64,000 nucleotides of DNA from a bacterium. GTDB taxonomy: Bacteria; UBA8248; JACPRG01; G963555815. This document shows positions 53,226 through 63,222 of this stretch, piece after piece. The stretch lies in contig OZ244653.1 in assembly GCA_965218795.1 (NCBI GenBank), forward strand, positions 2,368,001 through 2,432,000. The letters run 5' to 3'. Made by a program: the position numbers and the translations under genes. Positions within the stretch are counted from its first letter, which is position 1. The number at the start of each line of letters is the position of its first letter. The notes beneath the pieces were generated by a model. That model did no database searches and was not told the origin of the DNA. It saw only the letters and a list, made by a program, of their open reading frames with translations.

Positions 53226-53996
53226 ATGGCGGGAAGACTCACGGGACAAACGATGATTGTGACCGGCGGGGGGAGGGGGTTCGGCGAAAACATGAGCATG
53301 GCCGTGGCGAGAGAGGGCGCCAACGTCGTCGTGGCCGACCTCGACGGCGGTCAGGCGGAGCGCGTGGTGGAAGCCATTCAGCGGGACGAATCCACGGCCC
53401 TGGCCTTGCAGGCGGACGTGTCCGACGAAGCCCAGGTCCAGCGGATGGTGAAGGCGGCGATCGATCAATTCGGCTCGATCGATATTCTCCTCAACAACGC
53501 CGGAATCCCCGGCCCGATGGGAGAGTTGCACACGCTCGACGTGGAGGGCTGGGATCAGATTTTCTCCGTCAACGTCCGGGGCGTCTTTCTCTGCTGCAAG
53601 ACGGTCATCCCGCACATGATCGAGCGGGGGTCCGGCCACATCGTCAACATCTCTTCATCGACAACGGCCGGCGGCTTCAGGATCGAGCACCTCCGGAGCT
53701 TCCCCTACACCGTCTCCAAAGGCACGGTCAATTGGGTTTCTCATTTCCTGTCCATGCAGGTCGAGAAGCACGGAATCCGCGTGAACACGCTCTGTCCGGG
53801 CCTCGCCGACACGCACTTTCAGGAAAACACCCCGCCCGACTATCTCCAGGGGAGGCGGTGCTGGAAGCCCGATCATACGGTGCATCCGCTCTTGCACGTC
53901 CTCACGGAACTGGAGGGGACCGGGCATACCGTCAATTCCGAAGTATGGCATGAAGAGCGGGGTTCGGCGGAAGAATACTCGTACATTCACGATTAG
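53226..53996 (+). CDS. Short-chain dehydrogenase/reductase
   Basis: TGGGRGFG; NNAG; YTVSK; GIRVNTLCPG. Confidence 0.93.
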   Translation: MAGRLTGQTMIVTGGGRGFGENMSMAVAREGANVVVADLDGGQAERVVEAIQRDESTALALQADVSDEAQVQRMVKAAIDQFGSIDILLNNAGIPGPMGELHTLDVEGWDQIFSVNVRGVFLCCKTVIPHMIERGSGHIVNISSSTTAGGFRIEHLRSFPYTVSKGTVNWVSHFLSMQVEKHGIRVNTLCPGLADTHFQENTPPDYLQGRRCWKPDHTVHPLLHVLTELEGTGHTVNSEVWHEERGSAEEYSYIHD

Positions 53997-54038
53997 AAAA
54001 AATCCAACAACTGAATCTGTCGGGCCAGGGAGGAGGGG

Positions 54039-55220
54039 ATGATGCCGGGTCAATTCATGGTGGACTACGAAGAGCGGGTCGATTTCGGCCGGCTGAGGCG
54101 CTTGAGGCTGGAGAAGGCCCGCAAGGTCTTGGACGAATCCGGCGTCGAGGTCCTCATCGCCTTTGACGCCAACAACATTCGATACCTGACGGGGTCCTTC
54201 GGCAATCCGTCCCCCACACTGGCCGCGGCCCGATATTGCGTGCTGGCCGAGAACCATGAGCCCATTCTGTTCGAGCTCGGCGGCGACGTGGAGCGCCAAA
54301 AGGTCTGCGCCCCCTGGCTCGAAGACCGCATCCGTCCCTCCGTCCCCCTGACCTTTCTTCCGCGCACGATGGTGGGCGAGTGGGGGACCGGCATCAAGAA
54401 GGTCCTCCAGGAACTAGGCATCCAGACCGACGTGATCGCCCTCGACCGGCTGGATTTCCGCGTACAGGAGGAAGCGCAGGGGGCCGGGCTGGAGGTGGTG
54501 TCCGACGGCGGGGCCATGATGGAGGCCCGGCGGGTCAAGCTGCCCGACGAGATCGAATGCATCCGACTGTCGGTGGCCCTGGCGGACTCGGCGTTGGACA
54601 TCATCCGCCGAAGCGTCCGCCCCGGCGCGCGGGAGTGCGACATCCAGGGCGACGTGCTCCGCGAGCTGACGCGCAACTGCTGCTGGCTCTACGCGGGCGG
54701 CGGGAACTTCGCCTCCGGCGACCACACCCACCCCTACTGGCGCCTTCTGTTCACCGACCGGATCCTGCACGACGGCGACCTGGTCATCATCGACCGCGTG
54801 CACAACCACAACGGGTACGGATGCGATTACGTGAGGACGTTTCTCGTGGGCGACCGCGCCACGGACGAGCAAAAAGACCTCTACAGGCGCTGCTACGATT
54901 CCATGATGGCCGGCATCCACGCCGTGAAGCCGGGGTGCACCTCGGCCGACATCGCCGGCCAGTGGAACGAGCCAGAGGATTTTTCCGAAACCACCCTGGA
55001 TTTCGGTCACAGCGTGGGGATGAGCACGCACGAGCCGCCCTTCATCACGGCCTCGTCGAAGAAGCATCCCGTCCCCATCGAGCCCAACATGGCTCTGGCG
55101 ATTGAGACCTACGTCGGCGAGAACGGCCAGGGCGTCCGGCTGGAGGAGAACCTCATCGTCACCGAGACCGGATACGAGATCATCAGCAGGTATCCCCACG
55201 AGCCCAAGCTGATGAGCTGA
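54039..55220 (+). CDS. M24 family (Xaa-Pro peptidase/creatinase-like) protein
   Basis: NIRYLTG; IID..GYGCDYVRT; GHSVGMSTHEPP; AIETY..GVRLEENLIVT. Confidence 0.9.
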   Translation: MMPGQFMVDYEERVDFGRLRRLRLEKARKVLDESGVEVLIAFDANNIRYLTGSFGNPSPTLAAARYCVLAENHEPILFELGGDVERQKVCAPWLEDRIRPSVPLTFLPRTMVGEWGTGIKKVLQELGIQTDVIALDRLDFRVQEEAQGAGLEVVSDGGAMMEARRVKLPDEIECIRLSVALADSALDIIRRSVRPGARECDIQGDVLRELTRNCCWLYAGGGNFASGDHTHPYWRLLFTDRILHDGDLVIIDRVHNHNGYGCDYVRTFLVGDRATDEQKDLYRRCYDSMMAGIHAVKPGCTSADIAGQWNEPEDFSETTLDFGHSVGMSTHEPPFITASSKKHPVPIEPNMALAIETYVGENGQGVRLEENLIVTETGYEIISRYPHEPKLMS

Positions 55221-55240
55221 GAATCAATGGGGAAATCCGG

Positions 55241-55772
55241 GTGAGTGTCCTGAGGCAGGATCCGTTGACGCACGTCGTGAACCGCAGCAGGGGAAGGACG
55301 TACGGAGACGGCATCCAGCCCGCGGACCTCGCGGAGAGCCTGGCCCGATGCAAGGGCTGGGACGAATGGTACCTCACCGTCATGGAAGTCTGCGACCGGT
55401 ACGAGCGGATGGCCGAGGGTCGGCGGGCGGGCGGGTATCCGGGTTCCGCGGGCGAGCTTTTCTGGCGGGCCTGCATGTACGCTCACGATTCGCAGTTCTA
55501 CCTCTTCGACCGGCCGGAGCGGCAGGGAGGCCCCCGGGGTGATCGACATGGCGGGCGGGTGCGAGAGGATCACCTGTTCGCTCTACATCCAGCACGGCGT
55601 GAAGGACGACCTGATCCCTTTTTATCAGGCGGAACGGATCGAGCGGGGGGCGGCCAACGCCCGAGAAGCTATCACCCAGCACGAGCCCGAAGGCAACCAC
55701 TGCTGTCATAACCTCTTCCACACCACCCGGTACCGTCTGGTAGATCACCTGGCCCGGGTTTTGAATCCGTGA
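55241..55772 (+). pseudogene. Alpha/beta hydrolase (2,6-dihydropseudooxynicotine hydrolase-like) with a large internal deletion
   Basis: N-terminal SAGELFWRACMYAHDSQF joined out of frame to C-terminal ITCSLYIQHGVKDDLIP..EGNHCCHN; the nucleophile region is absent. Confidence 0.7.
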
Positions 55773-55854
55773 CAAGGATACCCTGGGGTTTTTTCGCGAG
55801 AGAAATATTTCGAGGGGGGATGAGGGGACAGAGCCAATCGCTTACGTTCTGCAA

Positions 55855-56649
55855 TTAGCGTGAAAATGCGATTTTCGAAGCAAAGGAAACGACGAACAGA
55901 ACGGTTGCCGTCACGACGATGGAGGGACCGGAAGGCGTGTCCCACCGCAGAGAGCCGAAGAGGCCGCCGATCACCGCGAGCGCCCCGATCCCAGCGGCCA
56001 CCACGGCCATCTGTTCCGGCGTCTTCGAGAACCGACGCGCCGAGGCCGCCGGGATGATCAGGAGGGACGTCACGAGAAGGATGCCGATAATCTTCATCGA
56101 GATCGCAATGACCATGGCGATCAAGAGCATGTAACCCAGACGCACCGCCGCGGTAGGAACCCCTTCCGCCCGAGCCAGATCCTCCTGGACGGTGCTCGCG
56201 ATGAGCGGCCGCCAGAGGAATGCCAGCGCCGCGATGGCGATGATTCCTCCGCCCAGCACCCAATAGAGGTCCGCCCGCGTCACCGCGAGGATGTCCCCGA
56301 AGAGATAGCCGATCAGATCCACGCGAAGCCCTTCCATCAGGCTGAGAACGACGAGACTGACGGAGAGTGCGGTGTGCGTCAGGATACCGAGCAGGGTGTC
56401 CGTCGCGAGCTGCTTCTGCGCCTGAAGACCGGCCAGCACGACGGCGAGGATCAGGCAGGTGGCGACGATCCCGAAGGTCAGGTTGATCCCCAGCAGAAAA
56501 CCCAAGGCGATGCCCAGCAGCGAGCTGTGGGCGAGAGAATCACTGAAGTAGGCCATCCGGCGCCAGATGACGAAACACCCGAGCGGGCCGGCCGTCACGG
56601 CCACCCCCAGGCCGGCGATCATGGCGCGAAGAAAGAAATCCTCGAGCAT
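55855..56649 (-). CDS. znuB: Zinc ABC transporter permease
   Basis: GPLGCFVIWRRMAYFSDSLAHSSLLG; DTLLGIL; YLFGDIL; DTPSGPSIV. Confidence 0.95.
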   Translation of the reverse strand: MLEDFFLRAMIAGLGVAVTAGPLGCFVIWRRMAYFSDSLAHSSLLGIALGFLLGINLTFGIVATCLILAVVLAGLQAQKQLATDTLLGILTHTALSVSLVVLSLMEGLRVDLIGYLFGDILAVTRADLYWVLGGGIIAIAALAFLWRPLIASTVQEDLARAEGVPTAAVRLGYMLLIAMVIAISMKIIGILLVTSLLIIPAASARRFSKTPEQMAVVAAGIGALAVIGGLFGSLRWDTPSGPSIVVTATVLFVVSFASKIAFSR

Positions 56650-57476
56650 CAAGGACCCCCGGCAGAGGAGGACTCTTCGAAGACCGGACGGTCCCGGTCC
56701 TCCTCCGGCGCGACGGGAACGACCCGTCCGTGCAAATCGTGGTGATGGTCATGGGTGTGCGCATACACCGCGATATTTTTCGCGGCCGCCGGACCGAACA
56801 GCGCTACGTATTCAGGGTGCCGGTTGACCGTCTCGGGATGCCCGGAGCAGCAAACGTGCTGATTCAGGCAGATCACCCGATCCGTAGCGCTCATCACCAA
56901 GTGGAGGTCGTGCGAGATCATCAAGACGCCGTAGCCCCGGATGGTACGGAGGCGGACGATCAGATCGTAAAGCTCGAATTGGCCGGTCATGTCAATGCCC
57001 TGTGCCGGCTCGTCCAGGACCAACAGATCCGGATCGCGTAAGAGCGTTCTCGCCAGCAGGACCCGCTGCTGTTCGCCGCCCGAGAGCCCGTGGATGGATT
57101 GGTCGATGAGGTGGAGCACGCCGACCGCATCGAGCGCGCGGTCGATCTCGGCGCGGCCGGCGGGGCGTGTCAAGGTTATCAGGCGCCGGACGGTCAGGGG
57201 GATGGCCTCGTCGACCTTGAAATGCTGAGGGAGATAGCCCATCCGCAGATTCGCGCGGCGGCGCAAGCTTCCCTCCGTCGGCCGGAGCAACCCCATCAGG
57301 ATGCGGACCAATGTGGTCTTCCCGGCGCCGTTCGGCCCGATCAGGCTAACGATTTCACCGGCTTGAACGGACAGGTCGACGCCGTGCAGAACCGTCCGCG
57401 GCCCGTAGCGGTGGGTGATGCCCGCCGCTTCGAGCAGGGGGGAGGGATCGACCGGGTTTCCAGACTCAACCATCAT
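56649..57476 (-). CDS. znuC: Zinc ABC transporter ATPase
   Basis: GPNGAGKT; LSGGEQQR; SHDLHLVM; CLNQHVCCSGHP; His-rich tail. Confidence 0.95.
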   Translation of the reverse strand: MMVESGNPVDPSPLLEAAGITHRYGPRTVLHGVDLSVQAGEIVSLIGPNGAGKTTLVRILMGLLRPTEGSLRRRANLRMGYLPQHFKVDEAIPLTVRRLITLTRPAGRAEIDRALDAVGVLHLIDQSIHGLSGGEQQRVLLARTLLRDPDLLVLDEPAQGIDMTGQFELYDLIVRLRTIRGYGVLMISHDLHLVMSATDRVICLNQHVCCSGHPETVNRHPEYVALFGPAAAKNIAVYAHTHDHHHDLHGRVVPVAPEEDRDRPVFEESSSAGGP

Positions 57477-57960
57477 GGCAATCCGGACAAAGGCCGCGCA
57501 CCTCGACGACCGATGCGTTCACGGTAAAGCCCACGCGGGAGGCGCCCTGGCTGATGGCCCGGCCGATGGGCCGTTCGTTCAGCTCGGCCATGACGCCGCA
57601 GCCGTCGCAAATCAGGAATTGGGCGTCGTGGGGGGTGCCCGTGGCGCCGCATCCGACATAGGCGTTCAGACTGGCCAATCGGTGGACCAGCCCCTGTTTC
57701 ATGAGGAAGTCCAGAGCGCGGTACACGGTGATCGGAGCCGGCGCCCTCCCTTTCCTTTCCATCCGATCAAGGATGTCGTAAGCCCCAATCGGGGCGTGGC
57801 TGTCCCAGACCCGCTCCAGTACCTTCTTTCTCAGCGCGGTCAATCGCGCCCCTCGGCGCGCGCAGACTTCCTCCGCCTTCAGGAGCGCGTCCGCAACGCA
57901 TGAGCCGTGGTCGTGACCCGGTTGTGGAAAGGCCTTGGCGAAATGTTGAGCATTCTTCAC
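57466..57960 (-). CDS. zur: Zinc uptake regulator (Fur family)
   Basis: HDHGSC..GARLTALR..GAYDIL..PITVYRALDFL..HRLASLNAYVGC..FLICDGC..GLCPDC. Confidence 0.93.
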   Translation of the reverse strand: MKNAQHFAKAFPQPGHDHGSCVADALLKAEEVCARRGARLTALRKKVLERVWDSHAPIGAYDILDRMERKGRAPAPITVYRALDFLMKQGLVHRLASLNAYVGCGATGTPHDAQFLICDGCGVMAELNERPIGRAISQGASRVGFTVNASVVEVRGLCPDCHDG

Positions 57961-57996
57961 GAGCCTTCCCTATTCCAGATGATTCATTGACTCAAC

Positions 57997-58009
57997 GTTA
58001 TAATATAAC
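57997..58009. promoter_or_regulatory. Zur box
   Basis: Palindrome GTTATAATATAAC (GTTATAWTATAAC) between divergent zur-znuCB and znuA. Confidence 0.88.
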
Positions 58010-58070
58010 TATTTGATCGAAAGATCGATCTGTTTTGGTCGTGTGAAATGAAACCAGGGGGAAACACCGA

Positions 58071-59009
58071 ATGAAGCGTGTCGTTCAAATCATCTCCATC
58101 TCCGTCATGGCCTTCGGGTGGGCTGTCATAGGGATTGATGCCGGAGAGAAACGGCTCCGTGTGGTCGCGAGCATCAAGCCCGTTCATTCTCTTGCCGCGG
58201 TCGTCATGGAAGGCGCCGGAAGCCCGCGGCTTCTGGTTCGAGGGGCCGCCTCTCCCCATACCTATACCCTTCGGCCTTCGGACGCGGCGGCCCTCCAGCG
58301 GGCCGACCTCGTCTTCTGGGTGGCGGAGGCGATGGAAATGTTCCTGACGAAGCCTCTGGCCGCGCTCCCCTCGAAGGCGAGGGTGGTTCAATTGTCGGCC
58401 GTTCCCGGAATCACTCTTTTGCCTGTGCGCGATGGTGGCTTGTGGCCGGAGGAGGAGGAGGGTGACCACCACGAGGAGGAGGGTTCCATGGACATGCACA
58501 TCTGGCTTGACTCCGAAAACGCGGAGGCGATGGTTCAGGCCGTGGCCGCGGCCTTGGGTGCGGCCGACCCGGACCGGGCCTCGCTCTACCAGTCCAACGC
58601 GCGGCGGGTACGGCGGCGGATCCAGGCCATGGATGCCGAGCTCCGCTCACGGCTTCGACCGGTCGGAGACGTGCCGTACGTCGTCTTCCACGACGCCTAT
58701 CAGTATTTCGAGCGCCGGTACGGACTCAATCCCGTTACTTCCATTTCGATGGGGTCCGGAAAAAGCCAGGGAGCCAGGCGCATCCTGGAAATCCAAAAGT
58801 GGATCCGGAGGGCCCGGGTGGTCTGTGTATTTGCCGAGCCCCAGTTCAAGCCCGCGTTGATCGAGACCGTGATCGAGGGGACGGGGATCCGAACGGCGAC
58901 TCTCGACCCCCTGGGGGCCGACCTCGATCCGGGTCCGGAGCAGTATTTTCAGATGATGAGGAACATGGGTGAATCCCTGCTGCAAGGTCTTTCGGGGAAG
59001 GCCCGATGA
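58071..59009 (+). CDS. znuA: Zinc ABC transporter substrate-binding protein
   Basis: VVASIKPVHSL; SPHTYTLRPSD; DMHIWLD; VFHDAYQYFE; CVFAEPQF; LDPLG. Confidence 0.95.
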   Translation: MKRVVQIISISVMAFGWAVIGIDAGEKRLRVVASIKPVHSLAAVVMEGAGSPRLLVRGAASPHTYTLRPSDAAALQRADLVFWVAEAMEMFLTKPLAALPSKARVVQLSAVPGITLLPVRDGGLWPEEEEGDHHEEEGSMDMHIWLDSENAEAMVQAVAAALGAADPDRASLYQSNARRVRRRIQAMDAELRSRLRPVGDVPYVVFHDAYQYFERRYGLNPVTSISMGSGKSQGARRILEIQKWIRRARVVCVFAEPQFKPALIETVIEGTGIRTATLDPLGADLDPGPEQYFQMMRNMGESLLQGLSGKAR

Positions 59010-59240
59010 GGCAATTTCTTTACAGGCCGATGGAGGTCGATTAGAATCTCCGCCCGATCTCGAGCGCCCGAAGCGGGAGTCCCCGGGCAGCGATATTTTC
59101 CGGAAGTGCTTCGGCGGAATGGCTCCGGTCATGACCTTACCGGGAGAATCCGCCTTTTCAAGGCAGCACGATGATTGAGATCGACGGTTGAGCCGTGACA
59201 GATGGGTATGCCGGCTGAATGGCCCTGAAAGGGATAAGGG

Positions 59241-59699
59241 ATGGGTGCAAGAGAATCCTTCGTGGGCGTGTGGGACGTCGTTTCATTCGAGATGCATCTG
59301 CCGGACGGCAAGGTGATCCACCCGTTCGGAAAGCACCCCGTCGGGAGGGTAATCTATAGCGCGGCCGGCCACATGGCTGTGCAGCTCATGCGGGGCGATC
59401 GCCCGCTCTTTGCATCCAACGATCTTCGCGATGGCGCCCCCGATGAAATCCAGGCTGCGTTCAAAGGATATGTGGCCTATTACGGACCGTACGAGATTCA
59501 AGAGAGCGAGCGCAAAGTGATCCATCATGTCGAGGGCAGCCTGTTCCCCAACTGGATCGGCGGCGATCAGGTTCGATTCTATGAATTTTCCGACGATCTC
59601 CTGACGCTGACTACCCCGCCTATCCAATATGGCGGCGGGAATACCATCAGCATTCTTGTGTGGAAACGCCGGAGAGATCCGGCTTCGGACTCTTCGTGA
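59241..59699 (+). CDS. Lipocalin-like domain protein
   Basis: FVGVWDVVSF..PFGKHPVGRVIYSAAGHMAVQ..YVAYYGPY..HHVEGSLFPNWIGGDQVR..LVWKR. Confidence 0.88.
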   Translation: MGARESFVGVWDVVSFEMHLPDGKVIHPFGKHPVGRVIYSAAGHMAVQLMRGDRPLFASNDLRDGAPDEIQAAFKGYVAYYGPYEIQESERKVIHHVEGSLFPNWIGGDQVRFYEFSDDLLTLTTPPIQYGGGNTISILVWKRRRDPASDSS

Positions 59700-59750
59700 T
59701 CGGAGCCGGATCGGACGATGTCTGCACATCTATCGACCCAGAGATGAACG

Positions 59751-61373
59751 ATGGGCAATTGGGAAGTCTCTGTACCTTCTGATTATTTGAAGATCCCCGA
59801 GTCCTTCAACATGACGCACGCGGTTTGCGGCCGGTGGGTCGAAGAAGGACGGGGGGATGACGAGGCGCTTGTCTACGGAGAGGAGCGGATCACCTTCGGG
59901 CGGCTCGACGACCGGTTCCGCCGATTCGCCCGTTCCCTTCAGGATATGGGCGTCGGGCGCGGGGATACCCTCGTTTTCCGCTCGCACAACCATCCGGAAT
60001 ACGTCGTGGCGGCGCTTGCGGCCCTCCGAATCGGGGCCGTGCCCGTTCTGAGCAGCTCCCTTCTCGGCCCCCGGGAGCTCGAGCACGTTGTCGGCAACTC
60101 TGACGCCAAGATGGTGTTGACCACACAGGATCGGCTGGAAGCCGTGGAAGAGATTCGGGGCCAATGCCCCACACTGGAGAATGTCGTTCTCTTCGACGGA
60201 GACCGGGCCGGAACCATTCCGTTTTCCCTGTTGGCCTCGGCGGAGCCGCTGGACGTGACCGGCATCGAGACCTCTCCCCGGGACTTGGGGTTCATGCTGT
60301 ACACTTCGGGGACGACCGGCCTGCCCAAGGGGATTGTTCACACCCAACAGTGGCTGATCGGAACCGGCGACCCCATCGGCAAACTGGTCCTCAAGCTCCG
60401 ACCGGATGACCTCTGCTGGCACCTGGCCGAGTTCAGTTTCATGTATTCCTGGGGCCACGGGTTGATGTACCCCCTCTATTGCGGGACACCGGTCTTCATC
60501 AATCCTGAGCGTTCCAGGCCCGAAGACGCCTTCGGGGTGATCGCCGAAAACGGGATCACCGTGCTTTCCACCGTCCCTACTGCGTATCGGATGATGCTGG
60601 CCGTCGAGGGGGCGGAGGACCGCCACGACCTGAGCCGCCTGCGGGTTTGCGACAGTTCCGGCGAGACCTTGCCGCCGGAGACCCACCGGGAGTGGAAGAA
60701 GCGGTTCGGGAGCGACATCCTGGACGGGATCGGAGTGTCCGAGGCGCAGAAGTTTTGCAGCAACCTGGCGGGGGAGCCGATCAAGCCGGGGTCGGCGGGA
60801 AAGGTGTTTCCCGGCTGGGTGGTGGAGATTCACGACGACGAGGGACGCCCGCTGCCGTCCGGCGAAATCGGACGCGTGGCCGTGCGGGATGACGGGCCGG
60901 GTCTCTTCATCGCATACCGCAAGATGCCCGAGAAGTGGGCGGAGAACCATATCGGCTCTTGGTACTACACGGGGGATCTGGCCTCGTTCGACGAGGACGG
61001 CTACTTCTGGTACGTGAGCCGCGGGGACGATCTGATCAAGAGTCGGGGCTACCTCATCTCACCGAAGGAGGTCGAGGAAACCTGCATGGAGCATCCCGGG
61101 GTGCTGGAGGCGGGCGTCATCGGCGTCCCCGACACGGACATGGGCCAGCGTATCAAGGCCTGCGTTGTCCTCAAGTCGGGAAGGACTCCGGATCAATCCA
61201 TGGCGGAGGAGATCCGCGAGACCCTCGGCCAGCGGATCGCTCCCTACAAAGTCCCCAAGGTCATCGCGTTTCTGGAGGTGCTCCCCAAGACGCAAACTGG
61301 TAAGATTAAACGCAAGGAGCTCAGACATCGGTCGGAAGCGGAAGAGAAGGGGACGCACGTCTACTCTTTCTGA
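59751..61373 (+). CDS. Acyl/aryl-CoA synthetase (AMP-forming)
   Basis: YTSGTTGLPKG; DGIGVSE; YYTGD; SRGDDLIKSRGY; LPKTQTGK. Confidence 0.93.
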   Translation: MGNWEVSVPSDYLKIPESFNMTHAVCGRWVEEGRGDDEALVYGEERITFGRLDDRFRRFARSLQDMGVGRGDTLVFRSHNHPEYVVAALAALRIGAVPVLSSSLLGPRELEHVVGNSDAKMVLTTQDRLEAVEEIRGQCPTLENVVLFDGDRAGTIPFSLLASAEPLDVTGIETSPRDLGFMLYTSGTTGLPKGIVHTQQWLIGTGDPIGKLVLKLRPDDLCWHLAEFSFMYSWGHGLMYPLYCGTPVFINPERSRPEDAFGVIAENGITVLSTVPTAYRMMLAVEGAEDRHDLSRLRVCDSSGETLPPETHREWKKRFGSDILDGIGVSEAQKFCSNLAGEPIKPGSAGKVFPGWVVEIHDDEGRPLPSGEIGRVAVRDDGPGLFIAYRKMPEKWAENHIGSWYYTGDLASFDEDGYFWYVSRGDDLIKSRGYLISPKEVEETCMEHPGVLEAGVIGVPDTDMGQRIKACVVLKSGRTPDQSMAEEIRETLGQRIAPYKVPKVIAFLEVLPKTQTGKIKRKELRHRSEAEEKGTHVYSF

Positions 61374-61645
61374 CCGAGGTGGCTTCCTTTTTCGGACGAG
61401 ACCACTGAATGGATAACATCGATTGCCGGGGGGATATTGTAAAAATAGTCCCCTCCGAGACCCCCCTCGGAAAACTTTGACGGCCAAGCCGTTAGGGTTT
61501 GCCTGCTCGCGGCGGATTTCAGGTGGACGGACGTTGCCTCATTCGGCGCGGAACGAAGAGAAGGGCCTGTTGCCATGGAGCGCAGGCCCTGGGAATTTGA
61601 GGACAGGTCCGGCCTGAACCTCAGCCGAGCCAGGGAGCATCGCGG

Positions 61646-61951
61646 ATGAACAAATTTCTTGTCCTCGCTCGTCCTGCGAAACCGTTGCCCGAGGGCGCGA
61701 ACATCCAGAAGGCCATCGACCATCTGGATTCCTTGCGCGAGAAGATGAACGCCGAAGTGTACACCCTCGTCGAGGACGACGGTTGCGGCTTCGCAATTCT
61801 CATTGACGTCAAGACGCACGATGAGCTGATGGCCGAACTCTTCAAGAACCCGCTGGGCCGCTGGGGAACCTATCAGGTCTATCCCCTGGGGACGCTGGAA
61901 GGGGAGCGGGAGGCCATGGAGGCCATCGGGTTCGAATTCAATCTATCTTGA
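61646..61951 (+). CDS. Small DUF3303/muconolactone-isomerase-like alpha+beta protein
   Basis: MNKFLV..GFAILIDVKTHDELMAELFKNPLG..TYQVYPL; GGAG RBS. Confidence 0.65.
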   Translation: MNKFLVLARPAKPLPEGANIQKAIDHLDSLREKMNAEVYTLVEDDGCGFAILIDVKTHDELMAELFKNPLGRWGTYQVYPLGTLEGEREAMEAIGFEFNLS

Positions 61952-61982
61952 GCCGGCCGAGAGAGCCGGAGGAGGACGTGAC

Positions 61983-62258
61983 ATGCCGCAATACCTGGTC
62001 ATCAACCAGCCGCCCGCCCCGATTCCCAGGAACGCCGACATCCAGGGGTGAGTGGAGTACTTTTCCTTGCTGGAAGCAAGGGGAAAGGCGAAAATTTTTC
62101 CTATCGTCGGCATGAAGGGATACGCCTCCATCTTCGAGGTGTCCTCCCATGAGGAACTACTCAAGCTGTTGAACGGCAATCCCATGGCGCCGATTGAAAC
62201 GTACACCATTCACCCGTTGAGCGAATTTCCGCCCACATCCATTGCCAAGGTGGCCTGA
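61983..62258 (+). CDS. Paralogous small protein with an in-frame UGA at codon 23 (candidate selenoprotein, or pseudogene)
   Basis: GGAGGAGG RBS; MPQYLVINQPPAPIPRNADIQG(UGA)VEYFSLLEARG..GYASIFEVSSHEELLKLLNGNPM..YTIHPL aligns with the upstream paralog on both sides of the UGA. Confidence 0.7.
62060..62087 (+). promoter_or_regulatory. Candidate bacterial SECIS hairpin
   Basis: TTTTCCTTGCT-GGA-AGCAAGGGGAA: 11-bp stem (2 G-U pairs) with a G-first loop about 20 nt after the UGA at 62049-62051. Confidence 0.5.
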
Positions 62259-62352
62259 AGACGCGCCGGTTGACGAGAACGTTCGAGCAGGGAGGGCCGA
62301 CCGGGCTTCCGGCGGCCCTCTTTTTGTATGTTGGCGGGGAAAGGATGACGTG

Positions 62353-62991
62353 ATGGCGGCGGGGCTGAAAACGATGGGGCCGGACGAGGTCGAACGGGCA
62401 TCCGCCGAGGGGGCCGTTGTGCTCGATTTCCGCGACCTGGAGGACTTTGCGGCCTCGAGGATCCCCGGGGCAATCTTCATCGCTTTCAACGCGCGGAGCG
62501 TCCCCAGGCACGTGCCGGCCGTCGCGCCGCCGGGCTCCCGCGTGGTCTTGATTGGAGATGAGGACCGTGTCGGGCAAATCCATGCCTGGTTTGAATCGGC
62601 CGGCGGATATGAGGTGCTCGGCTGGATGGAAGGGGGTATGGAGTCCTGGACCGCGGCCGGAAAACCCGTGGAACCGCTTCGAAGTCTCTCCGTCGAAGAG
62701 TTGCACCGTCGCTGGAGCGGGGACCGGGAATCGTTCGAGCTGATCGACGTGCGCGAGCCCTTTGAATGGAACCTGGGGACCATCGAGGGATCGCGGCTTG
62801 TATCCCTGGGCGGGCTTCTCGAAAAAATGGGAGAGCTTGCGACCGACCGGGAACTGGTCTTCATTTGCGAGCAGGGGATGCGGAGCGCCACGGCCGCCGC
62901 CCTGTTCTCCGGCCGGGGATTTCAGAAAACGGCCAACGTGGCGGAGGGATTCGGGGCTTGGTTCGATGCGGGGTTCCCGGTCGTCGAGTGA
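62353..62991 (+). CDS. Tandem rhodanese-domain sulfurtransferase
   Basis: VVLDFR..FAASRIPGA..EGGMESW; LIDVREPFEW..CEQGMRS..ANVAEGFGAW. Confidence 0.88.
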   Translation: MAAGLKTMGPDEVERASAEGAVVLDFRDLEDFAASRIPGAIFIAFNARSVPRHVPAVAPPGSRVVLIGDEDRVGQIHAWFESAGGYEVLGWMEGGMESWTAAGKPVEPLRSLSVEELHRRWSGDRESFELIDVREPFEWNLGTIEGSRLVSLGGLLEKMGELATDRELVFICEQGMRSATAAALFSGRGFQKTANVAEGFGAWFDAGFPVVE

Positions 62992-63222
62992 TCCGTCGGG
63001 GGGATCGTTGCCCGTGAGGGCTTGAAGAATTTGCCCCCGATCATGGGTGGGCGACGAGCCTGCTCACAAACCCTGGGGTAGGTCAACCTTGGCGGGCATC
63101 GGAAATCGTCCCTCCTGCGCCGGGTTTTGACAGCCTGCACGGCGCTCCCGTCAAAGGGGGAAGCCTCCGGACAGGCTCTCGGAAACCCATATCGTATGCG
63201 AATTTCACCCTGAACGTCCGGG

